From assembly GCF_965228715.1 (NCBI RefSeq), contig NZ_OZ245833.1: DNA of 64,000 nt; one strand, given 5' to 3'. Below the pieces are notes generated by a model that was not told where the DNA came from, searched no databases, and worked only from the letters and a program-made list of their open reading frames with translations. Origin of the DNA: Stappia sp. GTDB lineage: Bacteria; Pseudomonadota; Alphaproteobacteria; Rhizobiales; Stappiaceae. Below, piece by piece: positions 1-10,920 of this stretch. Numbering within the stretch: the stretch's first letter is position 1; each line of letters begins with the position of its first letter. The position numbers and the translations under genes were made by a program.

Positions 1-159
1 CACCGCGCCTGCCGTCTCGCGCACGATGGCTCGGGCTTCCTCGACAGTGGGAACGTCGAGGCCGAGGATCAGCCGGTCGCGGGCTGAGGCGGGTGCGTAA
101 CGCCTCGACGGCTCGGGGTCGGCGGTCTCGGCGGTCGTTTCGGCACTTTCGGCAGGCAT
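1..159 (-). CDS. pyrF: Orotidine-5'-phosphate decarboxylase, N-terminal part (runs off left edge; not in ORF track)
   Basis: Manual translation from CAT at 157-159: MPAESAETTAETADPEPSRRYAPASARDRLILGLDVPTVEEARAIVRETAGAV; RDRLIxGLDVP is the typical OMP decarboxylase N-terminus. Confidence 0.8.
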   Translation of the reverse strand, partial: MPAESAETTAETADPEPSRRYAPASARDRLILGLDVPTVEEARAIVRETAGAV

Positions 160-402
160 CTTTTCGGGTCTCCGATGACGAATGGTCCGGGATCCGCGCC
201 GAGGCGCGGAAAACGGCGTTCTTTCCCTCTTAGCCAAGCCGGACGCGGTTTGCCAGCTTCGCATGTGCGAAAGGCTGAAAGCGCGCGGCGCGCGCCGGGT
301 ATTTCAAAGCGCCCTGCCACCTGATACAAGCCTTTCGACTGCTTTTCGGGCCGCCGTCGCGCAAGACGCGGGCAGCCTCTCGACAGAGGATCGACATCGC
401 CC

Positions 403-996
403 ATGCGCACCGCATCGATCACGCGCGCCACCAAGGAAACCGATATCGCCGTCAGCGTCGCGCTCGACGGCACGGGAACCTTCGACATCTCGACCGGGGT
501 CGGCTTCCTCGACCACATGCTCGAGCAGCTCTCGCGCCACTCGCTGATCGATATCACCGTGCGCGCCAAGGGCGACACGCACATCGACTTCCACCACACG
601 GCGGAGGACGTGGGCATCGCGCTCGGACAGGCCCTGCGCGAGGCGCTGGCCGACATGACCGGCATCACCCGCTATGCCGACTGCCACCTGGCCATGGACG
701 AGGCGCTGACGCGCTGCGCGCTCGACGTGTCGGGCCGGCCGTTCCTCGTGTGGGACGTGACCTTCCCGCGCGACAAGGTGGGCGACTTCGACACGGAGCT
801 GTTCGAGGAGTTCTTCCGCGCCTTCGCGATGAACGCCGGGATCACCCTCAACATCGCCAACCTGACCGGGACCAACTGCCACCATATCGCCGAGACCTGC
901 TTCAAGGCCGTGGCGCGGTGCCTGCGGGTGGCGATCGAGCCCGATCCGCGCCAGGCCGGACGCGTGCCCTCCACCAAGGGCCAGCTCGGCGGCTGA
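403..996 (+). CDS. hisB: Imidazoleglycerol-phosphate dehydratase
   Basis: [15 protein letters not shown] start, [14 protein letters not shown] and NCHHIAE metal motifs. Confidence 0.98.
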   Translation: MRTASITRATKETDIAVSVALDGTGTFDISTGVGFLDHMLEQLSRHSLIDITVRAKGDTHIDFHHTAEDVGIALGQALREALADMTGITRYADCHLAMDEALTRCALDVSGRPFLVWDVTFPRDKVGDFDTELFEEFFRAFAMNAGITLNIANLTGTNCHHIAETCFKAVARCLRVAIEPDPRQAGRVPSTKGQLGG

Positions 997-1018
997 ACGG
1001 CGAAGGGGAGATCCGGCA

Positions 1019-1597
1019 ATGGCGATCTTCATGGTGCTCGTGCCCCCCGGAAAAACGCACACGGCCCTGCGCGAGCGGGATCTCGAGCGGAGCGTTTTCA
1101 TCAAGGACGGCTTTTCCTTTCCCGCATTCTTCCTCTCCATCCCCTGGCTCTTGTGGCAGCGGCTCTGGCTCGTGCTCGGCGTCTTCCTCGTCGCCACGAT
1201 CGCGCTCGAGCTCGGCGCGCGCTACAGCAACGGACCGGGGGTGGGCATCGTCAGCCTGCTCGTCACCTTCCTGTTCGCGCTGGAAGCCAACGGCCTGCGC
1301 CGCTGGACCCTGGAACGGCGCGGCTGGCGCTTCGTCGCGGTGGTCGAGGCACAGGGACGCGCCGATGCCGAATGGCGCTTCTTCACCGGCCTGGCGCAGG
1401 ATACGGCGGATGTCCCCGCGCATGCGGACGCAACGGTGGCGGCCGACGCGTCAAACACTTCGGACACAAGCGTCGGCGCCGGAGAGAGCACGGCGGAGAC
1501 CGCGAACCCGACACCCGGGCCGGCAAGACGCACGCCCGCGCCACGCACCAGCCGGGAACAGGTTGTCGGCCTGACGCTTGGCACCCATCGACACTGA
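1019..1597 (+). CDS. DUF2628-type membrane protein with low-complexity C-terminal tail
   Basis: FIKDGFSFPAFF...WLLWQRLW and RRWTLERRGW motifs; usual position between hisB and hisH in Hyphomicrobiales. Confidence 0.8.
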   Translation: MAIFMVLVPPGKTHTALRERDLERSVFIKDGFSFPAFFLSIPWLLWQRLWLVLGVFLVATIALELGARYSNGPGVGIVSLLVTFLFALEANGLRRWTLERRGWRFVAVVEAQGRADAEWRFFTGLAQDTADVPAHADATVAADASNTSDTSVGAGESTAETANPTPGPARRTPAPRTSREQVVGLTLGTHRH

Positions 1598-1689
1598 CCC
1601 CGATCAACGGCTAGGACACCCCGCGCGCGACGCCGAAGCGTCGTTCCGCCCTTCATGACCCGCGACCACACGCTCCAACGGACAGACCC

Positions 1690-2343
1690 ATGCTGATCGC
1701 CATCATCGACTACGGTTCCGGCAACCTGCGTTCGGCCGAAAAGGCCTTCGAGCGGGCCGCTCACGGGCACGGCAGGTCGCCCGAGGTCCGTGTCACCGCG
1801 GACCCGGACGTGGTCGCCCGCGCCGACCGCATCGTCCTGCCGGGCGTGGGCGCCTTCGCCGACTGCCGGCGGGGGCTCGCCGCCGTCGATGGCATGACGG
1901 AAGCGCTCGTGGAAGCCGTGGAAACGAAGGGACGCCCCTTCTTCGGCATCTGCGTGGGGATGCAGCTCATGGCCACGCGCGGTCTCGAGTTCGAGACGGT
2001 GGAGGGTTTCGGCTGGGTGCCGGGCGACGTGACCGCGATCACTCCGGACGATCCCGCTCTCAAGATCCCCCACATGGGCTGGAACACGATCTCGCTGAGC
2101 GCGCAGGACCACCCGCTGTTCGCCGGAATCGAGACCGGGGACAAGGGCCTGCACGCCTACTTCGTACACTCGTTCCACCTCAAGGCGGAGCGGGGGGAGG
2201 ACGTCCTGGCCACCGCCGACTATGGCGGCCCGATCACGGCCGCCGTGTGCCGGGACACCAGGTTCGGCACCCAGTTCCACCCGGAAAAGAGCCAGCGCCT
2301 CGGCCTGTCGCTCATCGCGAACTTCCTCGATTGGGCGCCTTAG
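1690..2343 (+). CDS. hisH: Imidazole glycerol phosphate synthase glutaminase subunit
   Basis: [30 protein letters not shown]. Confidence 0.98.
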   Translation: MLIAIIDYGSGNLRSAEKAFERAAHGHGRSPEVRVTADPDVVARADRIVLPGVGAFADCRRGLAAVDGMTEALVEAVETKGRPFFGICVGMQLMATRGLEFETVEGFGWVPGDVTAITPDDPALKIPHMGWNTISLSAQDHPLFAGIETGDKGLHAYFVHSFHLKAERGEDVLATADYGGPITAAVCRDTRFGTQFHPEKSQRLGLSLIANFLDWAP

Positions 2344-2346
2344 GGG

Positions 2347-2374
2347 ATTCACAACCCCTCTGTGTTTCCTATAT
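2347..2374 (+). promoter_or_regulatory. Putative sigma70-type promoter of the inserted two-gene cassette
   Basis: ATTCAC-N16-CTATAT just after the hisH stop; resembles the rhizobial RpoD consensus CTTGAC-N17-CTATAT. Confidence 0.4.
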
Positions 2375-2401
2375 GCTCAGGCATCAACATGGGAGAACGG
2401 C

Positions 2402-2605
2402 ATGAGCAAGCTGCTCCGACGCCCCGGCAAAGGGGAAGTCGTTACCTATTCGCTTCGGCCGCACAAAAAGGGTCAGGCCCCCTTTTCCGACATCAAGCTC
2501 GCTGACGGTACGATCATCCGACGCGTGGACGAGTCCGTTCATCGCCGGGCCCTGGAGAAAGTCAATTCCGCGTTCCGCAAGCAGAAGCTCAAGGAACCGG
2601 CCTGA
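2402..2605 (+). CDS. Small basic hypothetical protein (67 aa)
   Basis: ATG at 2402 preceded by GGGAGAA; MSKLLRRPGKGEVV...KQKLKEPA; stop overlaps next start (TGATG). Confidence 0.65.
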   Translation: MSKLLRRPGKGEVVTYSLRPHKKGQAPFSDIKLADGTIIRRVDESVHRRALEKVNSAFRKQKLKEPA

Positions 2606-3186
2606 TGGACGAGGGAGCGGAAACTGCCAAACCGGCTGCGGCATTTTCTGGAACACCCTCACATTACAACAGAATCTTCGAGTTCTATGCAGAGAGCAAC
2701 GGCGACGATCTGGATCTCGTCGGGCTTGTTGCCTACGCGCTCTACAAGCGGCAAAAACGCGACTGGATCCTGAGGCATCAGAACGAGACCGGCGCTCGTC
2801 CGACAGACAGTGAGATGGCTGCAGTCATTGGCAACTATCTTACGGAAGACATGCGCACCACGCTGCGCGAGCGGGCGCAGGACTTTCTGTCGGAATATGG
2901 CGAAGCCTTTGCGGAAGCGGCAGAGCCCGAGATCGTCGAAGAGGCTCTCAACAGTGAGATGGTCCGCAAGGCGGAAGCATGCCAGAGAAGCGCAGAGGAA
3001 ACTCACGCCAGAATTCTGTCTGAAGTATCGCGCAATGGCGGATGGTGGCGGCAAATCTGGGCGAGTCTTGTCTCGGCTTTTGTGTGGACGTTCATCCTGA
3101 TCGTGATACTGGTCGGCGCAAAGCTGTTTGGGATCGACCCACTCGACGGTTGGTTCGCTCTAAACGGCCAGACAGAGCAACACTGA
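2605..3186 (+). CDS. Hypothetical protein, helical soluble N-terminus plus one C-terminal transmembrane helix
   Basis: 193 aa ORF coupled to upstream ORF; hydrophobic [30 protein letters not shown]; lower GC than flanking his genes. Confidence 0.75.
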   Translation: MDEGAETAKPAAAFSGTPSHYNRIFEFYAESNGDDLDLVGLVAYALYKRQKRDWILRHQNETGARPTDSEMAAVIGNYLTEDMRTTLRERAQDFLSEYGEAFAEAAEPEIVEEALNSEMVRKAEACQRSAEETHARILSEVSRNGGWWRQIWASLVSAFVWTFILIVILVGAKLFGIDPLDGWFALNGQTEQH

Positions 3187-3202
3187 CCTTCGGATTTCTC
3201 CC

Positions 3203-3931
3203 TTGCCCCATCTCTACCCCGCCATCGACCTCAAGGCCGGACAGTGCGTGCGCCTGAAGCTCGGCGACATGGAACAGGCCACCGTCTTCAGCGACGATCC
3301 GGGCGCGCAGGCGCGCGCCTTCCAGGACCAGGGCTTCAAGCGGCTGCACGTGGTCGACCTCGACGGCGCCTTCGCCGGCGAAAGCCGCAACGGCGACGCG
3401 GTGGACGCCATCCTCAAGGCGACCAAGAACCCGGTGCAGCTTGGCGGGGGCATCCGCACCCTCGACCATGTGGAGGCCTGGCTCGCCAAGGGCATCTCCC
3501 GCGTCATCCTGGGCACCGTCGCGGTGCGCGATCCGGGGCTGGTGCGCGAGGCCTGCCGCCTGTTTCCCGGCCATGTGGCCGTGGGCATCGACGCGCGCGG
3601 CGGCCGGGTCGCGGTGGAAGGCTGGGCGGAAACCTCGGAGCTTTCGGCGATCGAGCTTGCCGGACGGTTCGAGGACGCGGGCGTTTCCGCGATCATCTAC
3701 ACCGACATCGACCGCGACGGGGTCCTAGCCGGCATCAACTGGGACTCCACGCTGGACCTCGCCGCCGCCACTTCCATTCCCGTCATCGCCTCGGGTGGCC
3801 TTGCCTCCATCGAGGACGTGAAGCGCCTCGCCTCGCCGGAGGCCGCCCGGCTGGATGGCGCCATTTCTGGTCGCGCGCTTTATGACGGACGCCTCGATCC
3901 GGCCGAGGCACTTAAGGTCCTCGGCGCCTGA
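3203..3931 (+). CDS. hisA: ProFAR isomerase
   Basis: [37 protein letters not shown]; TTG start. Confidence 0.97.
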   Translation: MPHLYPAIDLKAGQCVRLKLGDMEQATVFSDDPGAQARAFQDQGFKRLHVVDLDGAFAGESRNGDAVDAILKATKNPVQLGGGIRTLDHVEAWLAKGISRVILGTVAVRDPGLVREACRLFPGHVAVGIDARGGRVAVEGWAETSELSAIELAGRFEDAGVSAIIYTDIDRDGVLAGINWDSTLDLAAATSIPVIASGGLASIEDVKRLASPEAARLDGAISGRALYDGRLDPAEALKVLGA

Positions 3932-4140
3932 GCGCCCGCCATCTCCCGGAATCCCGACGCCGGCGTTTTTCGCGCGCAACGCGGTCGTTCACGGGCGATG
4001 CCACATGGTGGACCGCCCTGAAGAAGGTCGCGCGCGGTCTTGCACGCAAGCGAAAAGGTCATTCCGCCCGCTACCGCCTTTCCAGAGCGGGGCGGGGGCT
4101 GTATGCTGCGACCGCGAAATACGCTGGATAACCGCCTAAG

Positions 4141-4917
4141 ATGTTGAAAGCACGAGTCATTCCCTGCCTTGACGTAAAAGACGGCCGTGTCGTCAAGGGC
4201 GTCAATTTCGTCAATCTGGTCGACGCGGGAGACCCGGTCGAGGCCGCGAAGGCCTATGACGCGGCCGGAGCGGACGAGCTTTGCTTCCTCGACATCACAG
4301 CCAGCCACGAGGGTCGCGACACGATCTTCGACGTGGTGCGCCGCACGGCGGAAGCCTGTTTCATGCCGCTGACCGTCGGCGGCGGGGTGCGCACCGTCGA
4401 AGACATCCGCAAGCTGCTCGTCTCCGGCGCCGACAAGGTGTCCATCAACACGGCGGCGGTAAAGAACCCCGAGTTCATCCGCGAGGCCTCGGAGAAGTTC
4501 GGTGCCCAGTGCATCGTCGTCTCCATCGATGCCAAGCAGGTGAACGGCGAGGGCGAGGCGGAGCGCTTCGAGATCTTCACCCACGGCGGACGCACGCCGA
4601 CCGGCATCGACGCGGTCGCCTTCGCGAAGAAGGCCGTGGAGCTTGGCGCGGGCGAGCTTCTCGTCACCTCCATGGACCGGGACGGCACGCGGCAGGGCTT
4701 CAACCTGGCGCTGACCCGCGCCATTGCCGACGCGGTCAGCGTTCCGGTGATCGCCTCGGGCGGCGTGGGCACGCTCGATCATCTGGTCGAGGGCGTGCGC
4801 GACGGCCATGCGACGGCGGTGCTCGCCGCCTCCATCTTCCATTTCGGCACGCACACGATCCGCGAGGCCAAGACGCACATGGCGTCAAGCGGCATCGCCA
4901 TGCGGCTCGACACCTGA
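4141..4917 (+). CDS. hisF: Imidazole glycerol phosphate synthase cyclase subunit
   Basis: [37 protein letters not shown]. Confidence 0.98.
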   Translation: MLKARVIPCLDVKDGRVVKGVNFVNLVDAGDPVEAAKAYDAAGADELCFLDITASHEGRDTIFDVVRRTAEACFMPLTVGGGVRTVEDIRKLLVSGADKVSINTAAVKNPEFIREASEKFGAQCIVVSIDAKQVNGEGEAERFEIFTHGGRTPTGIDAVAFAKKAVELGAGELLVTSMDRDGTRQGFNLALTRAIADAVSVPVIASGGVGTLDHLVEGVRDGHATAVLAASIFHFGTHTIREAKTHMASSGIAMRLDT

Positions 4918-4940
4918 CACGGCACCGCCGGAGCCCGAAG

Positions 4941-5270
4941 ATGACCGACACACGCTTCACCCTTTCGGATCTCGACGCCATCGTGCGCACGCGCGCGGCA
5001 AGCGGCGATCCGGGCTCCTACACCCGCAAGCTGATGGACAAGGGCGTTTCCAAGATCGCGCAGAAGGTGGGCGAGGAGGCCGTGGAGGCCGCCATCGCCG
5101 CCGTGGAGCGCGACCGGGAAGGACTCACCGGCGAGGCGGCGGACCTGCTCTACCACCTCCTGGTTCTGCTCCACGCCGGCGACGTGCCGCTCGACGAGGT
5201 GATGCGGGAGCTTGCCCGGCGCACGGGCCAGACCGGGCTTGAGGAAAAGGCATCCCGCCCCGATACGTGA
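4941..5270 (+). CDS. hisE: Phosphoribosyl-ATP pyrophosphohydrolase
   Basis: [11 protein letters not shown]...SYTRKL...KVGEEAVE...[13 protein letters not shown]; in frame with the end of track ORF 4281..5270. Confidence 0.95.
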   Translation: MTDTRFTLSDLDAIVRTRAASGDPGSYTRKLMDKGVSKIAQKVGEEAVEAAIAAVERDREGLTGEAADLLYHLLVLLHAGDVPLDEVMRELARRTGQTGLEEKASRPDT

Positions 5271-5398
5271 AGAGGGGCGCGACAAAAGGGCCCCACGCCT
5301 GACGGCGTGAGGGGGGCGTTCCGGTCGCGACGCGGCTCGGGGCAGGGAGGAATGGGCACGCCGCGGGCAACCGCAGCCGGAACGGGACGAGCGTCGCC

Positions 5399-6364
5399 AT
5401 GGAACAGACCGTCAGCAGATACCGGGACGACGACCTGTCGCCCTACCGGGTCTTCTCCGAGGACCAGTGGGCCCGGCTGCGCGCCGACACGCCCATGACC
5501 CTGACGGCCTCGGAAGTCGCGCGCCTGCAAAGCCTCAACGATCCGGTCTCCATCGCCCAGGTGGAATCGATCCTGCTGCCGCTCTCCAGGCTCCTGGCCT
5601 ACTACGTGGAAGCGACCCAGCAGCTTCACCGGGCGACGAACCGCTTCCTGGGCTCCAACGAGGTGAAGAACCCCTTCGTCATCGGCCTTGCCGGATCCGT
5701 CGCGGTGGGCAAATCCACCACCGCACGCCTGCTTCAGGCGCTTCTGGCGCGCTGGCCGGCTAGCCCCAAGGTCGATCTCGTCACCACCGACGGCTTCCTG
5801 CACCCCAACGCGGTGCTGGAGCGGGAAGGCCTGATGCGGCGCAAGGGGTTCCCCGAAAGCTACGACCGCACGACGCTGCTCACCTTCCTCTCCGACCTCA
5901 AGGCCGGGCGGAGGCACGTGCGCGCGCCGGTCTACTCCCACTTCTACTACGACGTGATGCCGGACCAGTATGTCACCGTCGACCGGCCGGACATCCTCAT
6001 CCTCGAGGGGCTGAACGTTCTGCAGACCTCCAACCTGCCGCGAGACGGCAAGGAGGTGCCCTTCGTCTCCGACTTCTTCGACTTCTCGATCTACATCGAT
6101 GCCGACGAGGACGTGCTGCACGAATGGTACGTGAAGCGCTTCATGCGCCTGCGCGAGACCGCGTTCCGCGACCCCGGTTCCTACTTCAACAAGTATTCGA
6201 TGGTGGGCGAGAACGAGGCGCTGGAGATCGCCGAGGACCTGTGGCGCGAGATCAACCTGGTCAACCTGCAGGAAAACATCCTGCCGACCCGCCCGCGCGC
6301 CGACCTGATCCTGCACAAGAACCGCGATCACGCCATCGACGAGGTCCGCCTGCGCAAGCTTTAA
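5399..6364 (+). CDS. coaA: Type I pantothenate kinase
   Basis: [13 protein letters not shown]-loop, [26 protein letters not shown]. Confidence 0.98.
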   Translation: MEQTVSRYRDDDLSPYRVFSEDQWARLRADTPMTLTASEVARLQSLNDPVSIAQVESILLPLSRLLAYYVEATQQLHRATNRFLGSNEVKNPFVIGLAGSVAVGKSTTARLLQALLARWPASPKVDLVTTDGFLHPNAVLEREGLMRRKGFPESYDRTTLLTFLSDLKAGRRHVRAPVYSHFYYDVMPDQYVTVDRPDILILEGLNVLQTSNLPRDGKEVPFVSDFFDFSIYIDADEDVLHEWYVKRFMRLRETAFRDPGSYFNKYSMVGENEALEIAEDLWREINLVNLQENILPTRPRADLILHKNRDHAIDEVRLRKL

Positions 6365-6456
6365 CTAAGTTTGGGAACCAACGCAGCTCACACTTTAAAT
6401 TAATTAATTATTAACCAAAAAAATCTAATTTCTATACATTGTAGGAGATAGGTGAC

Positions 6457-7050
6457 ATGGATGCGACTTACAACTTGAACGGAGGCTTCAAGCCAACTGT
6501 TAAGCGTTTCGCAGACCTAGAAGGGCCTGATTTTTTTCCTACTCCAGCATGGGCAACGCATGCTCTGATCGAGAATGAACCCTTTTCCGGGGAGATATGG
6601 GAATGCGCCTGCGGAAACGGGGCCATGTCTGAGGTTCTCGAGTGCACAGGCAATAGCGTGTTCAGCTCAGATTTGTTTGATCGCGGCTATGGCCAGCCTG
6701 GGATTGATTTTAAGGTATCCACTCGGAAAGCTGACAACATTATCACCAATCCACCATATAACAGTGCAGAGGAATTTGTTCATCAAGGGCTTAAACTTTC
6801 GCGCAATAAGTTCGCTCTACTACTCAGGCTCGCCTTCCTAGAAGGTGCAAACAGAGCAAAGAATATATTTCAATCCTCACCTCCGTCACGAGTCTGGGTA
6901 TTCAGCGAACGTATTACATTTTATCCAGCTGGTGCCGTTCGAAAAGGCTCCGGCACAACCGCATATGCTTGGTTTGTTTGGGATAAGAGCTCACCATCCC
7001 ACACCGAGCTAAAATGGCTTAAACCAGGTTACAAGCGGAAATACACTTAA
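6457..7050 (+). CDS. Small SAM-dependent amino (N6-adenine/N4-cytosine) DNA methyltransferase, solitary
   Basis: DFFPTP (motif X), WECACGNG (motif I), IITNPPY (motif IV), ALLLRLAFL, AYAWFVWDK; motif order X-I-IV; strong RBS GTAGGAG. Confidence 0.8.
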   Translation: MDATYNLNGGFKPTVKRFADLEGPDFFPTPAWATHALIENEPFSGEIWECACGNGAMSEVLECTGNSVFSSDLFDRGYGQPGIDFKVSTRKADNIITNPPYNSAEEFVHQGLKLSRNKFALLLRLAFLEGANRAKNIFQSSPPSRVWVFSERITFYPAGAVRKGSGTTAYAWFVWDKSSPSHTELKWLKPGYKRKYT

Positions 7051-7364
7051 GACCTAGATTCAAGAAAGGCGCGCCCGGCCGGGGTAATCTCAAGCCCGCC
7101 TTTAACATGCTTGAGCCATCCCTCTGCAATATAATTTCCATCCGTATTAGAATGGCTCTTAATATTCCGAACTCTTTGCTCCCATTTCTGCTCGCCATCA
7201 CGGCTCTCTGAATCTTCTTTATCAGCGTCCGTAAAAGTAATTACCTTTGGCAGCTCTAGAATTAAATCCTGAATAGACAGGCGCCCAGAAGGAACCGTGT
7301 TCAAAATTATTAAAATTGCAAAAGAAATTTCGGACTCTGTAGTCCTACCTTGGTGATCAGGCAT
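7047..7364 (-). CDS. Stand-alone winged-helix protein, Mrr N-terminal-like (105 aa)
   Basis: MPDHQGRTTESEI...KWEQRVRNIKSH...GWL...GGLEITPAGRAFL resembles the wHTH ending GxxxITxxGRxxL; stop overlaps MTase stop at TTAA 7047-7050. Confidence 0.55.
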   Translation of the reverse strand: MPDHQGRTTESEISFAILIILNTVPSGRLSIQDLILELPKVITFTDADKEDSESRDGEQKWEQRVRNIKSHSNTDGNYIAEGWLKHVKGGLEITPAGRAFLESRS

Positions 7365-7399
7365 ATCAAAACCCCAGCACAAAAATAGTAACTTTGGTA

Positions 7400-7428
7400 A
7401 ATTAGATAGCGATATAGACGCTGGTCAA
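7400..7428 (-). promoter_or_regulatory. sigma70-type promoter for the wHTH gene
   Basis: Minus strand TTGACC-N17-CTAATT. Confidence 0.6.
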
Positions 7429-7470
7429 TAGCAATTATGCCAAAGGCTGCGGTAGCAGTATATGATCCGC

Positions 7471-8772
7471 TCAGTCCGGCGACATGCCGTTGGCGGCAAG
7501 AACCTCGCCCGCCAGGTAAAGCGAACCGCACACCAGAACGCGCGGCGGCACATCGCCCTCGCGCGGCAGACGACGCAGCGCCGCCTCGACGGACGGCGCC
7601 ACGTCCGCGACAAGCCCGGCCGCGCGCGCGGCCTCGACAAGGTCCTCCGGATCGCGACCGTTCTCCGTCGTGCGCAAGGCCACGCAATCCACATGCGCGG
7701 CCAGTCCCTCGAACGGCGCGAAGAAGCCGACGGGATCCTTGGTCTTGAGCATTCCCGCAACGAGATGCAGCGAACGCGGCGCGCGTTCCTCCCGGTCGGC
7801 CATGGCGGCGGCGATGACCATGCCGGCGCCGGGGTTGTGCCCCCCGTCGAGCCAGAGCTCGGTGCCCGGCGGACAGAGATCGATAAGTGGTCCCGCCCCG
7901 ATCGGCTGCATCCGCCCCGGCCAGTCGACCCGCTGCACGCCGCCCTCGACCGCCTCGACGGCGGGAAGCAGCCCCGCGGCCTTGAGCGTCGCGACGGCCA
8001 TGGCGGCATTGACGATCTGGTGCGCGCCGGACAGCCTCGGACGGGGCAGGTCGAGAAGCCCGTCCCCGTCCTGGAAGACGAGACGCCCCCCCTCTTCCCA
8101 GGCCGTGAAATCCTCGCCGAAGACGGTGAGGGGCGCGGCAAGCTCGCGGGCGCGGGCGCGAATGACATCAAGCGCCGCCTCGTCCTGCGGCGCGACGACG
8201 GCCGGACGGCCGTGCTTGAGGATCCCCGCCTTCTCGAAGGCAATGCCCTCAAGGGTCTCGCCCAGGTAGCGCTCGTGGTCCATGGACACCGGCGTCAGCG
8301 TGGCCGCCAGCGGCGCGTCCACCACGTTCGTGGCGTCGAGACGTCCGCCCAGCCCCACCTCGAGCAAGAGCACGTCGGCCGGCACCTGCGAGAAAAGGTG
8401 GAAGGCGGCGGCGGTCGTCACCTCGAAGAAGGTGATCTCGCGGCCTTCATTGACCTGCTCGCACCGGTCCAGCGCATCGAGAAGCTCGGCGTCGTCCACC
8501 AGCCGCCCGGCAAGGCGGATGCGCTCGTTGAAGCGCACGAGATGGGGAGAGGTATAAACGTGCACGCGCAGACCGGCGGCCTCCAGGATCGCCCGCATGA
8601 AGGCGGTCGTCGATCCCTTGCCGTTGGTTCCGGCGATGTGCACCACCGGCGGGAGCCTGTCCTGCGGCCGCCCGAGCGCCTCCAGCAGGCGCTCCATGCG
8701 TCCGAGCGACAGATCGATCTCGCGCGGATGCAGCGCGAGGAGCCTGTCGAGAATGGCCGTGACCTGATCCAT
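7471..8772 (-). CDS. folC: Bifunctional folylpolyglutamate synthase/dihydrofolate synthase
   Basis: HIAGTNGKGST, YTSPHLVRFNERI, EVGLGGRLDATN, LDGGHNP, CGSLYLAGE. Confidence 0.97.
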   Translation of the reverse strand: MDQVTAILDRLLALHPREIDLSLGRMERLLEALGRPQDRLPPVVHIAGTNGKGSTTAFMRAILEAAGLRVHVYTSPHLVRFNERIRLAGRLVDDAELLDALDRCEQVNEGREITFFEVTTAAAFHLFSQVPADVLLLEVGLGGRLDATNVVDAPLAATLTPVSMDHERYLGETLEGIAFEKAGILKHGRPAVVAPQDEAALDVIRARARELAAPLTVFGEDFTAWEEGGRLVFQDGDGLLDLPRPRLSGAHQIVNAAMAVATLKAAGLLPAVEAVEGGVQRVDWPGRMQPIGAGPLIDLCPPGTELWLDGGHNPGAGMVIAAAMADREERAPRSLHLVAGMLKTKDPVGFFAPFEGLAAHVDCVALRTTENGRDPEDLVEAARAAGLVADVAPSVEAALRRLPREGDVPPRVLVCGSLYLAGEVLAANGMSPD

Positions 8773-8901
8773 GTCGCCGCCCCGCTGCGGTCAGGTGCAG
8801 TTGGTGAGGGTCCGTTCGCAGTCCGCCCGCACGCGTCTGCAGGATGCCCCGTGTCGGGAGGCCCCGGCGGAACCGTGCCGCCGCGGCCGGGGAACGCGAC
8901 C

Positions 8902-9876
8902 TCAGGCCGCGCCCTTCTCCGTCGCCTCGGCGGTCGTTGCCGGCTCGGCGGTCTCGCTCGCCTGGACCGTTTCCCCCTCGGTCTCCGGCTCGGGCGTCTC
9001 GAGCTCGGCGGCCTCGGGAAGCGGCACTTCGGCCTTGGTCAGGATGCGGCAGATGCGGGCGACGGTCTCCGGCATCTGGTGACGGTGCACGACCATGTCG
9101 ACCATGCCGTGATCGAGCAGATACTCGGAGCGCTGGAAGCCCTCGGGCAGCTTCTCGCGGATCGTCTGTTCGATGACGCGCGGCCCCGCGAAACCGATCA
9201 GCGCGCCAGGTTCGGCAAGATGCACGTCGCCAAGCATGGCGTAGGAGGCGGTGACGCCACCGGTCGTGGGATTGGTGAACACGACGATGAACGGAAGCCC
9301 GGCCTCGCGCATCATCTGCACGCCGATGGTGGTGCGCGGCATCTGCATCAGCGACAGGATGCCCTCCTGCATGCGCGCGCCACCCGAAGCGGCGAAGAGC
9401 ACGAAGGGCGTCTTGCGCGCGACCGCCGTCTCCAGGCCCGTGAGGACGGCCTCGCCGGCGGCCATGCCGAGCGAACCGCCCATGAAGGCGAAGTCCTGCA
9501 CGGCCGCGGTGACGTCCATGCCGCTCAGCTTGCCGGTGGCAACCAGAACCGCGTCATCGAGACCGGTCTTGGCGCGTGCGTCGCGCAGACGGTCGGTATA
9601 GCGCTTCTCGTCCCGGAACTTGAGGGGATCGACGGCGACCTCCGGCGTCTTCACCTTCTCGAAGGCGCCGCCGTCGAAGAACAGCTCCAGGCGCTTCCTG
9701 GCGGAGACGCGCATGTGGTGATTGGAATTGGGCACCACGAACTGGTTCGCTTCCAGATCCCGGTGGAAGACCATCTCTCCGGTCTCGGGACACTTGATCC
9801 AGAGATTCTCCGGCACGTCCCGCTTCTGCAGGAGACCGCGGATCTTCGGGCGAACGACGTTGTTGATCCAGTTCAA
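8902..9876 (-). CDS. accD: Acetyl-CoA carboxylase carboxyltransferase beta subunit
   Basis: [43 protein letters not shown]. Confidence 0.97.
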   Translation of the reverse strand: MNWINNVVRPKIRGLLQKRDVPENLWIKCPETGEMVFHRDLEANQFVVPNSNHHMRVSARKRLELFFDGGAFEKVKTPEVAVDPLKFRDEKRYTDRLRDARAKTGLDDAVLVATGKLSGMDVTAAVQDFAFMGGSLGMAAGEAVLTGLETAVARKTPFVLFAASGGARMQEGILSLMQMPRTTIGVQMMREAGLPFIVVFTNPTTGGVTASYAMLGDVHLAEPGALIGFAGPRVIEQTIREKLPEGFQRSEYLLDHGMVDMVVHRHQMPETVARICRILTKAEVPLPEAAELETPEPETEGETVQASETAEPATTAEATEKGAA

Positions 9877-9973
9877 GGCTTACCGTCCGTATCTGCTCGG
9901 GCGTCCCGTCGCGGGGTCTGCCCTTCGTTTCGCGGCCACCTGGCAGAGCCGCCACGCATGTCCCGCCGACGCG

Positions 9974-10822
9974 TCAGCCGGCCTGTTCGGCGGTGGCGCG
10001 CGCACGTGCCGCGCCGGCCGCCAGATCGCGCACGATCCGGGTCACCGCATCGCGCGTGCCCTCCGTCGCCCGGCCCTGGGAATCCAGGCTCTTGCGCACC
10101 GCATCGACCAGCACCGACCCGACGACGACGCCATCGGCATCGCGACCGATCACCTCGGCATCCTCGGCCGTCTTGACGCCGAAGCCGACGGCAACCGGAA
10201 GATCCGTGTGCCCCTTGATGCGCCGGACCGCCTCCGCGACACTCGTGCGGTTGGAGATCGTCGCACCGGTGATGCCGGTCACCGAAACGTAATAGACGAA
10301 ACCCGACGTGTTGGCGAGAACCGTGGGAAGGCGGCGATCGTCCGTGGTCGGCGTCGTCAGGCGAATGAAGTTGAGACCGGCCTCGAGCGCGGGCAGGCAG
10401 AGTTCGTCGTCGGCCTCGGGCGGAATGTCCACCACGATGAAACCGTCGACGCCGGCGTCCTTCGCCTCGGCGACGAAGCGGACCGGATCGCGCACGTAGA
10501 TGGGATTGTAATAGCCCATCAGCACGATCGGCGTGTCCTGGTCGTGCTTGCGGAAGGCGCGCACCATGTCGAGGGTGCGGTTCATGGTCTGCCCGCCCGC
10601 CAGCGCGCGCTGGGTGGCGAGCTGGATCGGCACGCCCTCGGCCATGGGATCGGAGAAGGGCATTCCCAGCTCGATCACGTCGGCGCCGGCCGCCGGCAAC
10701 GCATCCAGAATGGCCTGGGAGGTGGCGAGGTCGGGATCGCCCGCGGTGATGAAGGTCACCAGCGCCGGCCGGTTTTCCGCCCGACATGCCGCGAAGCGGC
10801 GATCGATCCGCGTGTCAGTCAT
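9974..10822 (-). CDS. trpA: Tryptophan synthase alpha subunit
   Basis: [43 protein letters not shown]. Confidence 0.97.
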   Translation of the reverse strand: MTDTRIDRRFAACRAENRPALVTFITAGDPDLATSQAILDALPAAGADVIELGMPFSDPMAEGVPIQLATQRALAGGQTMNRTLDMVRAFRKHDQDTPIVLMGYYNPIYVRDPVRFVAEAKDAGVDGFIVVDIPPEADDELCLPALEAGLNFIRLTTPTTDDRRLPTVLANTSGFVYYVSVTGITGATISNRTSVAEAVRRIKGHTDLPVAVGFGVKTAEDAEVIGRDADGVVVGSVLVDAVRKSLDSQGRATEGTRDAVTRIVRDLAAGAARARATAEQAG

Positions 10823-10920
10823 TTCGCCCGTCCTGTGCCGTCTCGTGTCGCGAGGCGCGCCTGAAGGTGTTTCCGTTCCAAGGGAGCCACCCGACCCGCG
10901 CGGCCCCGGCTGAATGGGGC

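Larger units (their letters stand above)
6365..7465. other. AT-rich accessory islet between coaA and folC
   Basis: Abrupt shift in composition (sample 60-nt lines about 35-50% GC, far below flanking genes); holds two convergent genes. Confidence 0.85.

Noticed and set aside
100-1560. Similar TAETA(D/N)P peptides in the PyrF N-terminus and the DUF2628 tail
   Set aside because: Short low-complexity match with divergent codons; most likely chance.
6457-7364. Classical type II restriction-modification system
   Set aside because: The partner ORF is only 105 aa and shows no PD-(D/E)xK, HNH or GIY-YIG motif.
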